The notes under the pieces were generated by a model. The model saw only the letters and a list, made by a program, of their open reading frames with translations, was not told where the DNA came from and searched no databases. A stretch of DNA of 63,494 nt, filler included, from Dugesia japonica (taxonomy: Eukaryota), in NCBI GenBank assembly GCA_001938525.1. It is 6 parts of 6 records of this genome, joined end to end, with 100 filler letters (N's around TTAATTAATTAA, not from the genome) between each part and the next. Parts side by side here need not be neighbours in the genome. Positions count along the whole stretch, not along the records: positions 11,173 to 21,463 come from MQRL01606603.1; positions 21,564 to 31,678 come from MQRL01545693.1; 4 more parts are not named here. The stretch is one strand, 5' to 3'. Below, in pieces: positions 12,100 through 25,819 of the stretch. Position 1 is the first letter of the stretch, and every line of letters starts with the position of its first letter. Made by a program: the position numbers and the translations under genes.

Positions 12100-13000
12100 A
12101 AGATTTGAATACATTCTTTTGAATATTTTTAGACATGCTTAGAAACGTTGCCGGCCTAAATTTAATAAAGAACTAGCAAAATCCAACAGCCATTTAAAAT
12201 TTACTAATCATCACAAGACAGACATTAACTTAATGATGCAGTAATTTAAAAATAAATGGATATTTCGACAATATTTCAAAAATCAATTGTCCTCGAAAAA
12301 CTTAAATAAAAGAAGATCCGCAATTGATTGAAATCGAAATATTGAAAAAGCCCAATAATTAATAATAGCAATACCACAAAAAACTTAATCAGCACATTAA
12401 AATGTCGCCTCACTGCTGCTGGTATTCATGACAGAAACTTTTAATATCAAAGAAGAACCCGATTGAAAAACGAGAAGAAGCATTATTAGGACATCTAAGG
12501 ATTGGAATTATAGCGTAGAAACCAAATTTAATATCATTTTCAATAAAATTAAATATGTTCGTAGACTTCAAAATAAAAATACAAAATTCTAATGGTAAAA
12601 CATTAAAGAAGTCAAGCTACTGTTTGTGATTGTTTTTCTAGAGATAAAATACGGCCTATTCATCGTATTGCTGGTAGCATGCATCGCTTTGTGTTTCCAA
12701 TGAAAATTGATGATTTTTAAAAAGGACGAGCTCTAAAACACACGTCCGTTTATATTGAGAAATTTTTCTCAAGAAAGGGAATGAATGTTTTAGATTGCCC
12801 ATGTAAAAACCGGATTAGAATGTTTTATTCAAATTAAAAATTATACAAATGTTTATAATTTGAATGCAACATTTAAACTCTAATTAGAACGTATCTCAAT
12901 TGAGTGACTTATCAATTTAATGAACTCAACACCAACGCAATGTGTGGTAGTAATTAAGGCAAAAACAAAAACAAAAGCTTTTGAACCAAATATTGACATC
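12100..13000 (+). mobile_element. Tc1-like transposase pseudogene
   Basis: Fragments RLTAAGIH.R, KDWNYS.ETKFN, KYVRR, CFSRDKIRPIHRIAGSMHRFV and KHTSVYIEKFFSRKGMNVLDCP match Tc1 consensus blocks (DESKFN, YVRR, CFS..GVGPL.RI.G.MD, PKHTS...VLDWP). Confidence 0.7.
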
Positions 13001-13564
13001 CTAAAATGCTTTGAAAATAATTTAATATTTTATTGTAAATATATTTGAAATTATTTCATTAAAAATACAATTTATGTTTTCTCAAAATTGACTGACTCAA
13101 AATTTTACATTTTTTAATAAATTTATTCATTTATTGTCAACTATTTTGTATATATTTATTTGTATCAATTATTTATTTTTATTTTAGAGTAATTAATTTA
13201 TAGAAATCGCTGGCAATTAACCATTCACTTACAAATCATTATATAATAACCCATTTAATAGAAATTCAACTAGATTTCATTTTAAATAAATAAAACTTAT
13301 TTTTGTAAATAATATAAATACAATATTATCATTACAATCAATTTTCTATCAAATGTCGAAACATAACAATTTGATAATATAGTTTATATTATTTTTACAA
13401 TTTATTGATTTGAAAGTTTTCGAAATGGAATTGTAATATATATTTAACTTTACGTATTTTGTATAAATTTATTTATTATTAATAAACTAATAAATTTTGT
13501 TATAGAAAATAGATTGATGAAATTAAGATTAATATTGTAAAATTACAAAAATNAATTTAAATTA

Positions 13565-13790
13565 ATATTTCCTTAAATTAAAAGCTTTGATCAAAATGTT
13601 ATTTTGCTTTTTTTATTTCTTTTTTTGATTGTTAATTTCTGAAGAATACAATAATCGAAAATATTCATAACTACCAAAAAAGAAATAAAAAAACAAAACA
13701 TTTGGATTTAAGATTTTAATTTAATGAAATCTCAAATGCGATCAATGGTTAAGTCCAACAATTATTTTCACAATAATTGTAATTGTTAAA
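13565..13790 (+). repeat. Fold-back repeat with a degenerate hammerhead core in its loop (Penelope pLTR-like)
   Basis: Imperfect inverted arms of ~65 bp surround CTGAAGA (13639-13645) and GAAA (13657-13660); stem II is degenerate. The family tail gatcaatggttaagtccaacaattatt follows. Confidence 0.6.
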
Positions 13791-13829
13791 TTAATATTAC
13801 AATTTTTTTAATAATATTGTGGTCTGCTT

Positions 13830-13960
13830 TAAAATTGCAATTATTTCGAGAATAATTGTTGAACGAAACCATTAATCGTTTTTCAGACAAGTCAATTCCT
13901 GACGAAGACAAAGTCAAAATATAGAATTATTATTTGATTAAAGCTTTTATTTTAATGAAG
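13830..13960 (+). repeat. Same fold-back family; hammerhead-like core aattc-CTGACGA-a-gac-aaa-gtc-AAAA-tata-gaatt
   Basis: Stem I aattc/gaatt, CUGANGA box at 13899-13905, stem II gac/gtc; the GAAA box is mutated to AAAA. Preceded by an inverted copy of the family tail. Confidence 0.6.
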
Positions 13961-14404
13961 TCTGCTTTAAAATTTGAAATTACAAAATTAAATAAAATTA
14001 TTTACTAAATTTTTATTCTCAAAAAAGTAGTGAAAATTGTTTTAAGTTAACTTCGCATAGCTCATGAGGAAAGGATTTGTTTATGTAAATAAAATTGAAC
14101 AATCCTTTTAACCAGTCAATTTTTATAAATTAAATACTGTGAAAATGAAATTAAACTAAAAGTAGATTAATATTTAAGACAGATTTAGTTAATATTTTTA
14201 TGGAATTGTGGACTTTGAAAAATAACGAAAATTCAAGTTGAAATAATTCATGGAATACAAATAAAACATGGTAAACAATGCAAAATTATTAATAAAAATT
14301 ATTTTAGTTAATCTTAATTTTAACATTTTTTTCTATGAATACTTCGAAAAAAATAATTAAATTTTTAAATAAAATTTTAAAAAAGCAATTTTTTAAAATT
14401 TTTA

Positions 14405-14457
14405 TTTACAAGACATGTTTCGGACAAATCTATGTCGATCATCAGTTACTGTTGTAA
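14405..14457 (-). ncRNA. Minimal type I hammerhead ribozyme motif of a Penelope pLTR
   Basis: Minus strand: ttacaacagtaa CTGATGA tc gaca tagatt tgtc c GAAA CATGTC ttgtaa. It has the CUGAUGA box, stem II gaca/tgtc, GAAA, palindromic ACAUGU and a GUC cleavage triplet, and lies ~70 nt downstream of a GIY-YIG ORF end. Confidence 0.75.
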
Positions 14458-14527
14458 AATCAAGAGAGGAAGATGTTTATATACTTGCCAATAAAACCTG
14501 TTACTTAATCAATTCAAAAAACTAAGA

Positions 14528-14960
14528 TTAAAATAAATTTAAAAGTATATGCATGTCAATCTGAGTATTAAGAATCGAGTTATGCGACCCAATTCTCAAA
14601 GCCTTGCACAAAAATCTTTCAAAATAATTACCAAAGATGTTGATCAAAACTGTAAATTCATCAATGCTTATTTTGCCTTTTCTACAGCAAAACTGAACTT
14701 TTTCTACTCAATTGCATATGCTTACCAACACGTGTGCGAAGTTGACGTTTTATTTTTCTAATGTACGTAGCATCACACCCGTTACAATTAAATTGATAAA
14801 CTAGGTGCAGTAGATTAGTTGAATAAATAACTGGAAGTTTTATTTAAGTGAAAATAAATCTAAATTTAGTATCATTAAAGTATATATTTCATGAGCGAGT
14901 ATTTCAATGATTTAGTTCCTTCCGAGAATGTTAGTTTTGTAGTTATTTAATCTTGATTTT
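14528..14960 (-). mobile_element. Penelope-like retroelement GIY-YIG endonuclease C-terminal fragment
   Basis: Minus strand reads VYQFNCNGCDATYIRKIKRQLRTRVGKH...IDEFTVL...ERFLCKALRI...SILNTQ...LNLF*. This is the VY..C..C..YIG.T.R.L..R..EH ... EA..I....P.LN.Q signature of Penelope/Poseidon endonucleases. Confidence 0.85.
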
Positions 14961-15758
14961 TGTCAATCTATTTCTTTTGGTTATTATTTATTTAAATTTA
15001 AATTTCTAAAACGAATTTAGATTAGTAAAGCTTTTTCCAATAAAGAAAATAACTTTTAAATGTATAACACATGTTAAAATTTCACCAATATTCAATTAAT
15101 ATCTTTAAATGTATGTATCATGTGTCATGTGCTGTATTATTGATTATTTAAAACTATATGTGGAATTCTTGTATATCACTATGGTTGATGTCTAATTATC
15201 ACTCTGTATACATACATATGCATTGTTTTATTGAATACAACTTTAAGATGTTGATTTTTTTACTTTTACAACACGTAAATAAATACGAATTCAAGTACTT
15301 TGCCAAATGAAGACATATTAAATTAGAGATAACTTGGATGAATTTATAAAAAATAATTTATTATTTCAATATGCTCAAATAGAACAAATAGACACTTCTT
15401 TGTTCGAGCCAATTTGGATGAAATGTAGAGAAAAAAATTTAATAAATAAATATATGAAAATAATTTAGTAGAAAAATTAAAGCTTATGAGCACAAAACAG
15501 AATTGGTGCATGATTTAGAAACAACCAGAAAAACACAAATACTAGTTTGATTTTTTAGTATATGTACGGTTTAATCACATACATTTTCAAACGAAAAAGA
15601 ACAATTCATTGCCTATAGATCCTGAAGCTTATATATGCATGAACTATGATANNNNNNNNNNNNNNNNNNNNNNNNNNNNNNNNNNNNNNNNNNNNNNNNN
15701 NNNNNNNNNNNNNNNNNNNNNNNNNNNNNNNNNNNNNNNNNNNNNNNNNNNNNNNNNN

Positions 15759-15805
<47 letters not shown>

Positions 15806-17149
15806 TAATATTGCATAAATATGATTTCAAATAAGAATGAAAAATATTTTATCTGAATTAAAAATCAAAATCGATGTCAACATTTCCCTAATAATTAAGA
15901 AAAATATATATAATTATATTTATTTAAAAAATATATTTATTTTGCTAAATAGCTATTGAAATAGATTTCATGTGTTCTTGATTTATTTTTGTAAAAAATT
16001 GAAATAAATTAAAAATCAAAAATAAGAAAAATCTGATGGGAAATTGATAAAATCTCAGAAACCATCTGAAACTCCGCGGACATACATGGGCGTTATTTAG
16101 CAAAATTTTATGCTGGCGTCATTACTTCTTAAGTTTTTTCTTGCAAAATGAAATTTAAATTAAAAATTGAAATAACTTAATTCTATTTAACAAAATAAAT
16201 TCATAAACTGTTTGTTAGGAAATTTTTGTTTAATTAACTGTTCCATCATTTAGCATTTTACCTTGTTAGAAAAATATTTACTTGAAAACTTTTTGATACA
16301 TTTTGATATTGAAATTAGACTGGGTTTTTGTCGATAAATTTATTAATTAAATTAAAATATTTATACAAAGTAGCACTAATGTTTAATTAAAAAAATTATT
16401 TAAAAAAAAATTAAATAGTTTTAAATATTTGTCTGAAGTTATAAATTATTATATCAGAAATGGAGAATGTATAATTTGAATAATTTCTATTTTCAGTTAA
16501 TTTATGATTAAAAGAAATAAAGAATAGCTACAATTATTGAAAGGATGTAATCAGTTTAAACATAAATCAGGAAAAATAAACATTTACAAATTAATTAATT
16601 TATATAAAATTTTATCTATCTGTATTGCAAAAATATTTTGTTACTTACAAAAATTAATTAAAAACTAAACTACAATTTAAATTTTGAAGATAAATCTCAA
16701 AATTAACATTACAAATCACATTTCAGTAATACACAAATTTTCTAATTGAAAAAATCAAAATATTTCTTGGCAACCTGCTAATATCAAATTACAAAGAAAC
16801 CTATTTTTAGAAAGTCTTTGTTATTTTAAAAATATTTTGATTTGAATAAAGATAATATTTTTGTCATTATATCAGATTATATTAATAAGATCTATCAATG
16901 TGTTGAGCCTCTCAATTTTTTTTAAACTTAAATTTCGTATTAAAAAAATATACATTTAAACATAAATGTTTTTCAGTAATATTTTTATTCTTTTTAAAGA
17001 TTTCCTTAGCTTTACATATTTTTTAATGTTGTAGGCGTATATGGGGATGTATTTTGTCAATGACAAAATTAAAGAATTTTATTCCACAAATCTATTTTTT
17101 AAATTGTTTTAAAACTTAAATTTTTTTTTAAAACCATTGATCTGTCAAT

Positions 17150-17340
17150 TTATTAAAATAACAGCTTCCATCAAAATGTTTTTTTATTTCTTTTTCCTGG
17201 TATATTCCTGAAAATTCGAATATCTACCAAAAAAGAAATAAAATAACATTTTGATCGAAGCTTTTATTTTAATGAAATCTTAAATGTAATCAATGGTTAA
17301 ATCCAACAATTATTCTCACAATAATTGTAATTGTAGAATT
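17150..17340 (+). repeat. Same fold-back family with the ribozyme core collapsed
   Basis: Inverted arms (ttattaaaataacagcttccatcaaaatg / cattttgatcgaagcttttattttaatg) surround ggtatattc-CTGA-aaattc-gaatatctacc; the family tail follows. Confidence 0.6.
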
Positions 17341-18482
17341 AGAATATTATATTAGAATATAATATATCAATAGTATTGTTACACGAAACGCTCTTCGGTA
17401 ATACAGAATTAAAATTCGAATTATTAATTGAATCCATAAAATTATACCATGTAAGCGTAATAATAAATACCAATAATTATTTAAAATTTTCAATTTAAAA
17501 TAGTTACAAAATTTTTTATTATTTTAAATTTCAATTTTCTGCTGTTTTTTTNNNNNNNNNTTTTAAAAACTTCCCGATTACTTCATAAATCTATTAATAA
17601 ATAGTGAAAAATTAGATAATTTTAAAGAAAAAATAATATTTCAATGAAATAATTTATAAAATAGTTAAAATTTTTAAACATTACAATTTATCGAATATGA
17701 TATTAACATATTAAACTATTTGAATTATAATATCATAATAATAGGAAATTTTATATTTTGTTAGATTGCACATTAGAAAATTATGAAAATTAACGAATTC
17801 ATCAAGCCTACAACCTTCCAATGTTCACTAACAAGTACTATTCGATTGAAATTATGATCGCTTATTAGACTTTAATATTTTTTTATGAATAATAATGATA
17901 ATTATTCATTACTCACCATTAGTCATCGTGACTTATACCAATTTCAAAAACCATATAAATGCTATTCAATTTTAACCACAATAATAAAGACATTAATCAA
18001 ATATTTGTATAATTATAAACATTGAACATCACTGATATTATCATTGGTACTTTAATTTTTAAAATAAATAATAAATTATTTATATATTAATTTAGATATT
18101 TCAATGGATAAAATAAAATACGTTTAATTAGCTATCTTCTAAAATAAAAACATAGGAACAATTTTGATTAAACAGGAAATATAAACAAATTTAACTATTT
18201 ACAATGCAGCGATTTTAAATTTAAAATTTCTTTGATTGTAAATATCAAAATTAAAAGAAAGAATCTAGCTACTTAAATACTAAATTGACCAAAGCTTCAA
18301 TTACAACTAATAAATATTTAATTAAAAAAAACCTTAATTAACTAACTTCTTATTTTGTTTTCAAAACAAAAATTACATTTACAATTTAGTTTAAAAATTT
18401 AAAATAATTGTAATAATTATTCCATGATTATGTTCTAAAAAATAAATAACAAAATACAAAGTAGAAAAAACAAAATATTTAC

Positions 18483-18894
18483 CAATAACATCTTTGTAAA
18501 AACGACCATGAATCACATCCCATGGCTCATTTCGACTATCAGTTTCTGATTCTGCAAACGAACTAGATACTTGACTATTTCTGGATAATGTGGTTGGACT
18601 TGGTTTTAAAGCATCAGCTTCAATACTGCTTAGTTTAAGAAAAGGAATAGGGCTAGTTTCTGGAAAACTGTGAACAGGCATACTATCATCTGTACAATCA
18701 GTAAAAGAATCAATTGAGACATTTAATGTTTCCAAAACTTGATTATTAATTTGATCAACACCTTGATTAATTTCGTCCTCCACAATAGTGTCAATAACTG
18801 TTTCATTTTTTTCTTTTTTGCTTTCTCTTGAATGATGAGAAGTTTTAATTCGTTTACACTTTTTGTCTCCAGATAAATTCATTGATAGATTAAA
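18483..18894 (-). CDS. Internal exon of an unidentified host gene (Ser/Glu/Asp-rich, probably disordered)
   Basis: Open frame of ~137 codons FNLSMNLSG...EPWDVIHGRFYKDVI, bounded by ttttag acceptor and G|gtaaat donor; phase 0 with the exon at 19894-20243. Confidence 0.6.
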
Positions 18895-18953
18895 CTAAAA
18901 AAGATTTTTTAATCTTGAAAAATGTTTACAAAATAATAAAATATATACAATAC

Positions 18954-18954
<1 letters not shown>

Positions 18955-19018
<64 letters not shown>
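18955..19018. repeat. (AAT)n microsatellite next to an N gap
   Basis: Pure AAT run. Similar runs at 15759-15804, 20484-20530 and 47620-47675. Confidence 0.9.
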
Positions 19019-19893
19019 NNNNNNNNNNNNNNNNNNNNNNNNNNNNNNNNNNNNNNNNNNNNNNNNNNNNNNNNNNNNNNNNNNNNNNNNNNNNNNNNNN
19101 NNNNNNNNNNNNNNNNNNNNNNNNNNNNNNNNNNNNNNNNNNNNNNNNNNNNNNNNNNNNNNNNNNNNNNNNNNNNNNNNNNNNNNNNNNNNNNNNNNNN
19201 NNNNNNNNNNNNNNNNNNNNNNNNNNNNNNNNNNNNNNNNNNNNNNNNNNNNNNNNNNNNNNNNNNNNNNNNNNNNNNNNNNNNNNNNNNNNNNNNNNNN
19301 NNNNNCATTCTAATATTTGTATTTTATTGTAATTAATTTGTAAATTAAATTAAATTTTTTTAATATAAAACAATAATTTTATTCTTACAAATTTTTTGTC
19401 AAATATTTATCTATTTTCTTTCCTATTGTTAGACTTAAAATTCCAAATTTCTTTCTACGTAACAGTTTGAAATGTATAGAAATAAATCAATTTATAATCC
19501 TAGCACAGAAACACGGAAATTATAAATTGATTTTTCTTTAATTTACAAATTATCATCATTTTGTAAAATTCAAATTTTCTAAAAGTATTTATTTCTTGTT
19601 GAGGACAGTTAAATTATTCTATTAAATGGAAAATTGAAAACAATTTGCTTCAGAATTTTATCTTTATATTTCAAAAGAAAATCACCGAATTATCCAATGT
19701 TATCATCGAATTTAATGAAACGGAAATTTTATTAAAAATATTTAAATAAAAAAAAATGAAATTTCTTTATAATATATAATGTATTAAAGGGTCTATTTGT
19801 AAACACACTAAAACCCATTTGTATTAATTTTAATATTCGAGAAATATAAAAGTCAATATTAATCCTAATACAAATGTAAAAAGTAAATCCTAC

Positions 19894-20243
19894 TTCAACC
19901 CCTTTAGACCATGATTTATTATATGCATAATCATACTCTGCGACACTTTCCGATAAGATTTTGTCAATATCTCCATGTTTAATAGAAAATATTGGTATTG
20001 ATGTCATTGTAGATGTCATTGTCGATTGACTAGTTTTGTTATCGGAATCAATTAATTCAATATTTTCTTTTTCTTGTAAGTCTGAAACACTTCTAATAGT
20101 ATCATTATCAGATTCCGATTCTTCAATAATAGTAGACGGTTTCCGATGTGGAGGAATGGCCGGTGGTTCTTTTGATTCGTTCATTATAATACTTTCTGTT
20201 TTATTTGCCACCGAATTATTATTTAGACTTTTATCTTCAGTAT
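19894..20243 (-). CDS. Upstream internal exon of the same unidentified host gene
   Basis: Open frame (D)TEDKSL...EPPAIPPHRKPS...AEYDYAYNKSWSKGVE, with ttaag acceptor and gtagga donor; splices in frame to 18894. Confidence 0.6.
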
Positions 20244-20483
20244 CTTAAGCATTATATAGCGTAATGTTTGATATATATTAATATATTAATAATTAAATTA
20301 AATATAATTTAATTTTACACTTATTATTCAATTATAGTTACAAATTATATCTTTATAATTAACATTACTAGACTTTTTATTTTTCTGACAAATCACTAAC
20401 TTAAGATTTCAGTTCTCACTATTTACAAGTTTANNNNNNNNNNNNNNNNNNNNNNNNNNNNNNNNNNNNNNNNNNNNNNNNNN

Positions 20484-20531
<48 letters not shown>

Positions 20532-20569
20532 TAATTTTTATTATTATTAATAATATTATATGATCATTA

Positions 20570-21445
20570 TTTATTTAAACGACAGGCAAGCTACAAATTG
20601 GTTTTTAACGGTTTAGGTATGCTAACACATCTTTTGAAGATCGTCGAAGACCTGATCGTGAAATTTTATTGGAGAGTGATGCTCTACGGAAATTGCTTGA
20701 AGAAGACCCGAAGTTGATCATCGAAGAAATGGCAATAATTCTTGGAGTTAGTAGGTCAATTGTTTGACAAAGTTCAGAGAACTGGTGTTTGTCTGTCATA
20801 TAAATTTATACCGATTCAGAAAGAAATGCGTCTCTGAATATGCACTGCGTTGCTGGTTCACCATAAACTTGAGCCTTTTTGGAAGCGAATAGTGACTGAA
20901 GATGAGAAATTAGTAATGTAGGAAAACCCTTAAAGAAAATGTCAATGGTTATCTACAGGTAAAGTACCAATACCTACCTTTAAACCAGTGTTTCACCCGA
21001 AGGTTCTATTGTCCATATGGAGGGACTACAGGGGATTAATTCATTTAGAAATGTTAAAGATGAGTGAGACAGTTAATGCAGACATTTACTACGAACAATT
21101 AAGTCGTTTGCCAGCCAGTATTAGTCAACAAAGAAAGGAAGATATTTCACCAAGACAAAGCCAAACGAAATGCAGCAAAGAAGACTTTGCAAAAGTTACA
21201 CGACTTGAAATGGGAGCACATGTCACATCTTCCTTATTCCCCGATTGTAAACCATTTGACTATCATTCTTTTCGATCATTATCCACTTTTTAGTTAGTAG
21301 CATCATTCTCGAGTATATGCAATGAAATCGGAATTTGAAATATTTTGGTCGAAAATCCTTCATCATTTTACTAAGATGGTATTCAAAGTTTGTTGGAAAA
21401 TTGCGAATGATTGTGCAATCAGGTGAAAATTACATAATTAATTAA
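20570..21445 (+). mobile_element. mariner transposase pseudogene
   Basis: NWF.RFR..NTSFED..R (helix-turn-helix region), FWKRIVTEDEK (first Asp), KVLLSIWRDYRGLIHLEML..ETVNADIY.EQL, HQDKAK (second Asp), PYSP/PFDYHSFRSL (YSPDLAPSDY-like). Confidence 0.9.
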
Positions 21446-21463
21446 CCTTTGTTATTTGTAATA

Positions 21464-21563
21464 NNNNNNNNNNNNNNNNNNNNNNNNNNNNNNNNNNNNN
21501 NNNNNNNTTAATTAATTAANNNNNNNNNNNNNNNNNNNNNNNNNNNNNNNNNNNNNNNNNNNN
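21464..21563. other. Artificial contig linker
   Basis: 44 N + TTAATTAATTAA + 44 N. Confidence 0.95.
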
Positions 21564-22373
21564 TATATATATATATACACCTACTTACTCCATCCCATAA
21601 AAAGTGGATTTTTGAAAATAATTAAAGAACCAAGAAATTTTGCATTTTTCAAAAATATACGAGATAAAATGCAAATATTAATCATTTAAAATTAAAATTA
21701 AATTTAAATTTTTTCTAAATTTTCTGTATTAATTAAAAAAAATTTTGAAATTTTTTGATTTGATTTAAAAATAAAAATCCATAATTAAAATATAAAAAAA
21801 ACAAACCAATAAAATTTCGATAAAATTGAAAGAATTGAGTAACAAAGATCTATTGTATTGAAAATATNNNNNNNNNNNNNNNNNNNNNNNNNNNNNNNNN
21901 NNNNNNNNNNNNNNNNNNNNNNNNNNNNNNNNNNNNNNNNNNNNNNNNNNNNNNNNNNNNNNNNNNNNNNNNNNNNNNNNNNNNNNNNNNNNNNNNNNNN
22001 NNNNNNNNNNNNNNNNNNNNNNNNNNNNNNNNNNNNNNNNNNNNNNNNNNNNNNNNCAATAAAATAATTTTGTTGCATTAATTTTAAAATTTGAAATAAT
22101 TTTAAATAAATTTTTTTTAAAATAATTTTCAAATAAACGTTTAAATAATTTAATTTGTATTTAAATCTTTTCGAATGAAATTTTTCGAAAATTTAATTAA
22201 AAATATTTTTGGCTAATTATAATATTTGTAAAATGATAATTTTCTAAAATTTATAATTTTTGNNNNNNNNNNNNNNNNNNNNNNNNNNNNNNNNNNNNNN
22301 NNNNNNNNNNNNNNNNNNNNNNNNNNNNNNNNNNNNNNNNNNNNNNNNNNNNNNNNNNNNNNNNNNNNNNNNN

Positions 22374-22500
22374 CAAAATTTATTTGTAAAAAAAGTTCAA
22401 ATTTTCGACAATAGTCTTCTTCAGAAAATTTGAACTTTTTTTACAAAAAAATTTTGTTTTGTTTTGATCGAAGCCTTATCTTATTTTAATGAAATCGATC
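22374..22500 (-). repeat. Fold-back repeat: 33-bp arms with a hammerhead core across the loop
   Basis: Arms caaaatttatttgtaaaaaaagttcaaattttc / gaaaatttgaactttttttacaaaaaaattttg. The minus strand across the loop reads CTGAAGA-a-gac-tatt-gtc-GAAA. The family motif tttgatcgaagccttatcttattttaatgaaatc follows. Confidence 0.7.
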
Positions 22501-24149
22501 AAAAATGTTTAGCTTGTTTTAAAAATTTTTTTAAAAACAAATTTATAATTTGTTTTTGTTTTGTCTTGAATAAATCTTGAAATGAAGTGTTCATTTTTTA
22601 AATGTAAAGAAGAATGTTACAGATTCATCTAACTATTATTATTATTTTAAGTTATAACTAAAATGAACCAAAATACTGATTTATGAAATTGGATTTTGTT
22701 CGATGGAATTATTACCAAAATTATTTGAACGATATATCAAATGAATCAGATTACAAATACAATATTTGTAAAATATTTTTAAATATCACATGAATAATGT
22801 ACAATTCATTTATTTTTCATTGAACATAGTCACATGCTTTGGTATAATTAGAAGCGGTGACAAATTATCCACTTCCTTTCACCAATGTTTTCATAACTAA
22901 ATAATTTATGATAACATCATGATAACATCATCCAGTTTATAACGATTATTTCAACAAGAATTATTTAATACACTCGCTGTTTAAAAAGCTGAATTCTTTC
23001 ATAAATTTATAAATTAATTACTATTTAATTACATATAATTACTAGAATATCAGAATTAATTTATGAAACTTTTATCTGTTTTAATGGCCATTTCAAAATT
23101 AGAATAAAATTTAACAATTAATAAAAGAAATTATCACAAATGATATCTATTGTATAAATTTAATCTGATTACTTTTTGAAAATGCTCTTATTTAGTAAAA
23201 AGTAAAATAACAAATGATATCTTAACGAGTAAAAATATGTATTTTTAGTCATTTTGAATTTTCATAAAGTCATTTCATCTAGCGAAGATACCAAAATTTA
23301 AATAAAAATAGGAAAAGAATGTACATTTTCAGACATACTTATATCTTTCACCGGAATCTATATGACGATATGAAACGGCTCTCAGCAATCGATATGTGAA
23401 AATACGACAAACATTATGAAAAGTAATTAGAGAATTTTGTGGAATATAAATCGAATGTAGATGGGAGTGCAAATCAAAATGAGCGAATGTCGGGCTAATT
23501 ATATTCATGTTGATTGAATTTTGGAATGTTGAATTAAAGTTTTTGAACGATGAATTTTAAAAATAAAAATGTTGATATTTGATTTTATGTATGATAGGTA
23601 CTCGTTTATAGTAGAGGGGTAGTGGGTTAAATTTTGTCGAATTATTTTTAAATTTTAGGCTTTTTAGTTGGGAAAAATATTTTATGGGAATTTTTTATAA
23701 AATTCCGGGCAAACCGTTCATGTTGTTTAAATAATATGAAAATTAAAAATTTTTTTAAATAATTTTTTTATGGGAATCAGGGAATCCAAAATCTAAAAAA
23801 TAATATTTTCAATTTTCACAACATATAGATATTTTTATATCAATCCACCCATAATTTTACGGCGATAATTTTTGGTTTTCTCAGTATTTTACACAGAATT
23901 TTTCGAAAAAATATTTTTCTTCTTAAAATAGATCAATAAAGAGTCTATTCTATAGAGAACTTTTCGCTAATTCCAAATATTTTAACTTAAAATCGTCAAA
24001 GTTAATACTCAATGAAATAAATGAGGTTTTGTGGTGAAAAATCTCGAAATTCAGAGTTTAATGCTCAGACCTCGGCGCACAGAGAACGGCTATCGACTGA
24101 AATTTGATACTATTTTACTCAGGAGAAAAAAGTGAATGTCTCACTTGAT

Positions 24150-24350
24150 ACGTAGGTGGTTATAATTTACACATAGCTTGCAACAACTTGTATATAGTTT
24201 TCTATATTTTACACATAGGTGGTGATAATTTGCTTATAGATGACAACAATTTATTCATAGGTGATTGTAATTCGTACATAAGTGGCTGCAATTTTCACGC
24301 ATCTGGTTACAATTTGCATATAGGTATCTACAATTTATTCATGGCTCAAT
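24150..24350. repeat. Diverged ~23-bp minisatellite
   Basis: Recurring ataggtggt..taattt unit. Confidence 0.6.
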
Positions 24351-25274
24351 GAAATTAGTGTATAGATGATTGGACTTGATGTATACTCAATGGGTACAGT
24401 CATTTAACATGTTTAATTAGTTCACTTTTGTATCTTTATGCCATTTTCATCTATTTTATACCATTTTGCCATATTTTTAGCAATTTTTCAACATTTTCCC
24501 CTATTTAATCTATTTATCAAATTTCTTCTTATTTTCCAATATTTATCTTTACTTAGTCATATTTTAATTATTTTCCATCATTTACTCTATTTATTCATAC
24601 TTTATCTTTAATTTCTATTGGATCTTAATCTTTAAAAAGTAAAATTTAGAGATAAAAGAAGATAATAAGACCGAGTGATAGTGAGTAAGAGTTGATATGA
24701 CATGTTTCTTATTTAAAATAATATATTATTGCAGTATATTTTCATCATCTGATTATCCTTCTGCTTCTTTGCTTGCTCCTTGGTTCCCTTCATGCATCTT
24801 GACAACCCTGCTTGCAGTTTGGTTTATTTTGTGTTTATTTTCTTTTAAATAACTAATTATCAGTTACATAAGAGTTCAACATAGGAAATGCTTGATTCAT
24901 CATTATAAATACTTGATTCGTCATTAAAACTACATGATCTCAAAATTAAAAATTTAGGTTTAATGAAAAATGTATGTTTAATGGTGAATATGGATATTAT
25001 CCTGAAAATACGGGTTTTTTACAAGAAAATATTGGTTTTATCATTGAATGTAAGACTATATAATTGAATATCTCACATAAGAATTTGTTGATATTTTAAA
25101 CACTTAGATCAACACAGGGGCAAGCAAGCAAACTTTATTCGATTTTTTCTAATCCAAACTAGGTTTCGCTTTATTCTCAGTAAGTTTCTTTGCTTTAAGT
25201 TAGAAAAATGATAAATAAGAACAAGATTGAGATGGATCAAATTTACTAAAACTCGTAAGATTTAATTTAAAATT

Positions 25275-25570
25275 TTGTAGTAGTCGATAAAATTTTTATG
25301 AAATTGCATAGTAGTTTATAAAAATAATCGGAAATTTCATAGAAGTCGATAATTGTTTCAAAAGCCTATGTAAAAGAATGTGAAAATAATTTAATTATTG
25401 CATAGAAGTCTTAAGTTATTTTATGAAATTGCATAGTAGTTGATTAAAATTAACCTAAACTTCATCGTAGTCGATAAAAATTATATGAAATTGCATAGTA
25501 TTTACAAATTAATTTATGAAATTGTATAAAAGTACTAAAACATTTTATAAATTTGTATAGAAGTATTCAA
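25275..25570. repeat. Diverged ~32-bp minisatellite
   Basis: Recurring ttatgaaattgcatagtagt unit. Confidence 0.75.
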
Positions 25571-25819
25571 GATGTATGCATAATATGGAGTATTACATAC
25601 ATATTGTGGTATGAATCTATTATATGTACAGTTTGACTACAATACAAGTGCAAAATTAGTGCAATATTAATACTACTCATGTGGCATTCTGACATCATTC
25701 AAGGAAAGGAATACATGGAAAATAATGGTTCTAATACTGATATGTTTCATTACCCACTAATTCATTCATATAATTACTTAGTAAAACATCTTGATTTTAA
25801 ATACTTATATTCAAGGGTA

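Noticed and set aside
15609-22132. ORFs made of X or poly-N/Y/L (15609, 15646, 18895, 18915, 21785-22132; also 55037-55411)
   Set aside because: Artefacts of N gaps and AAT microsatellites.
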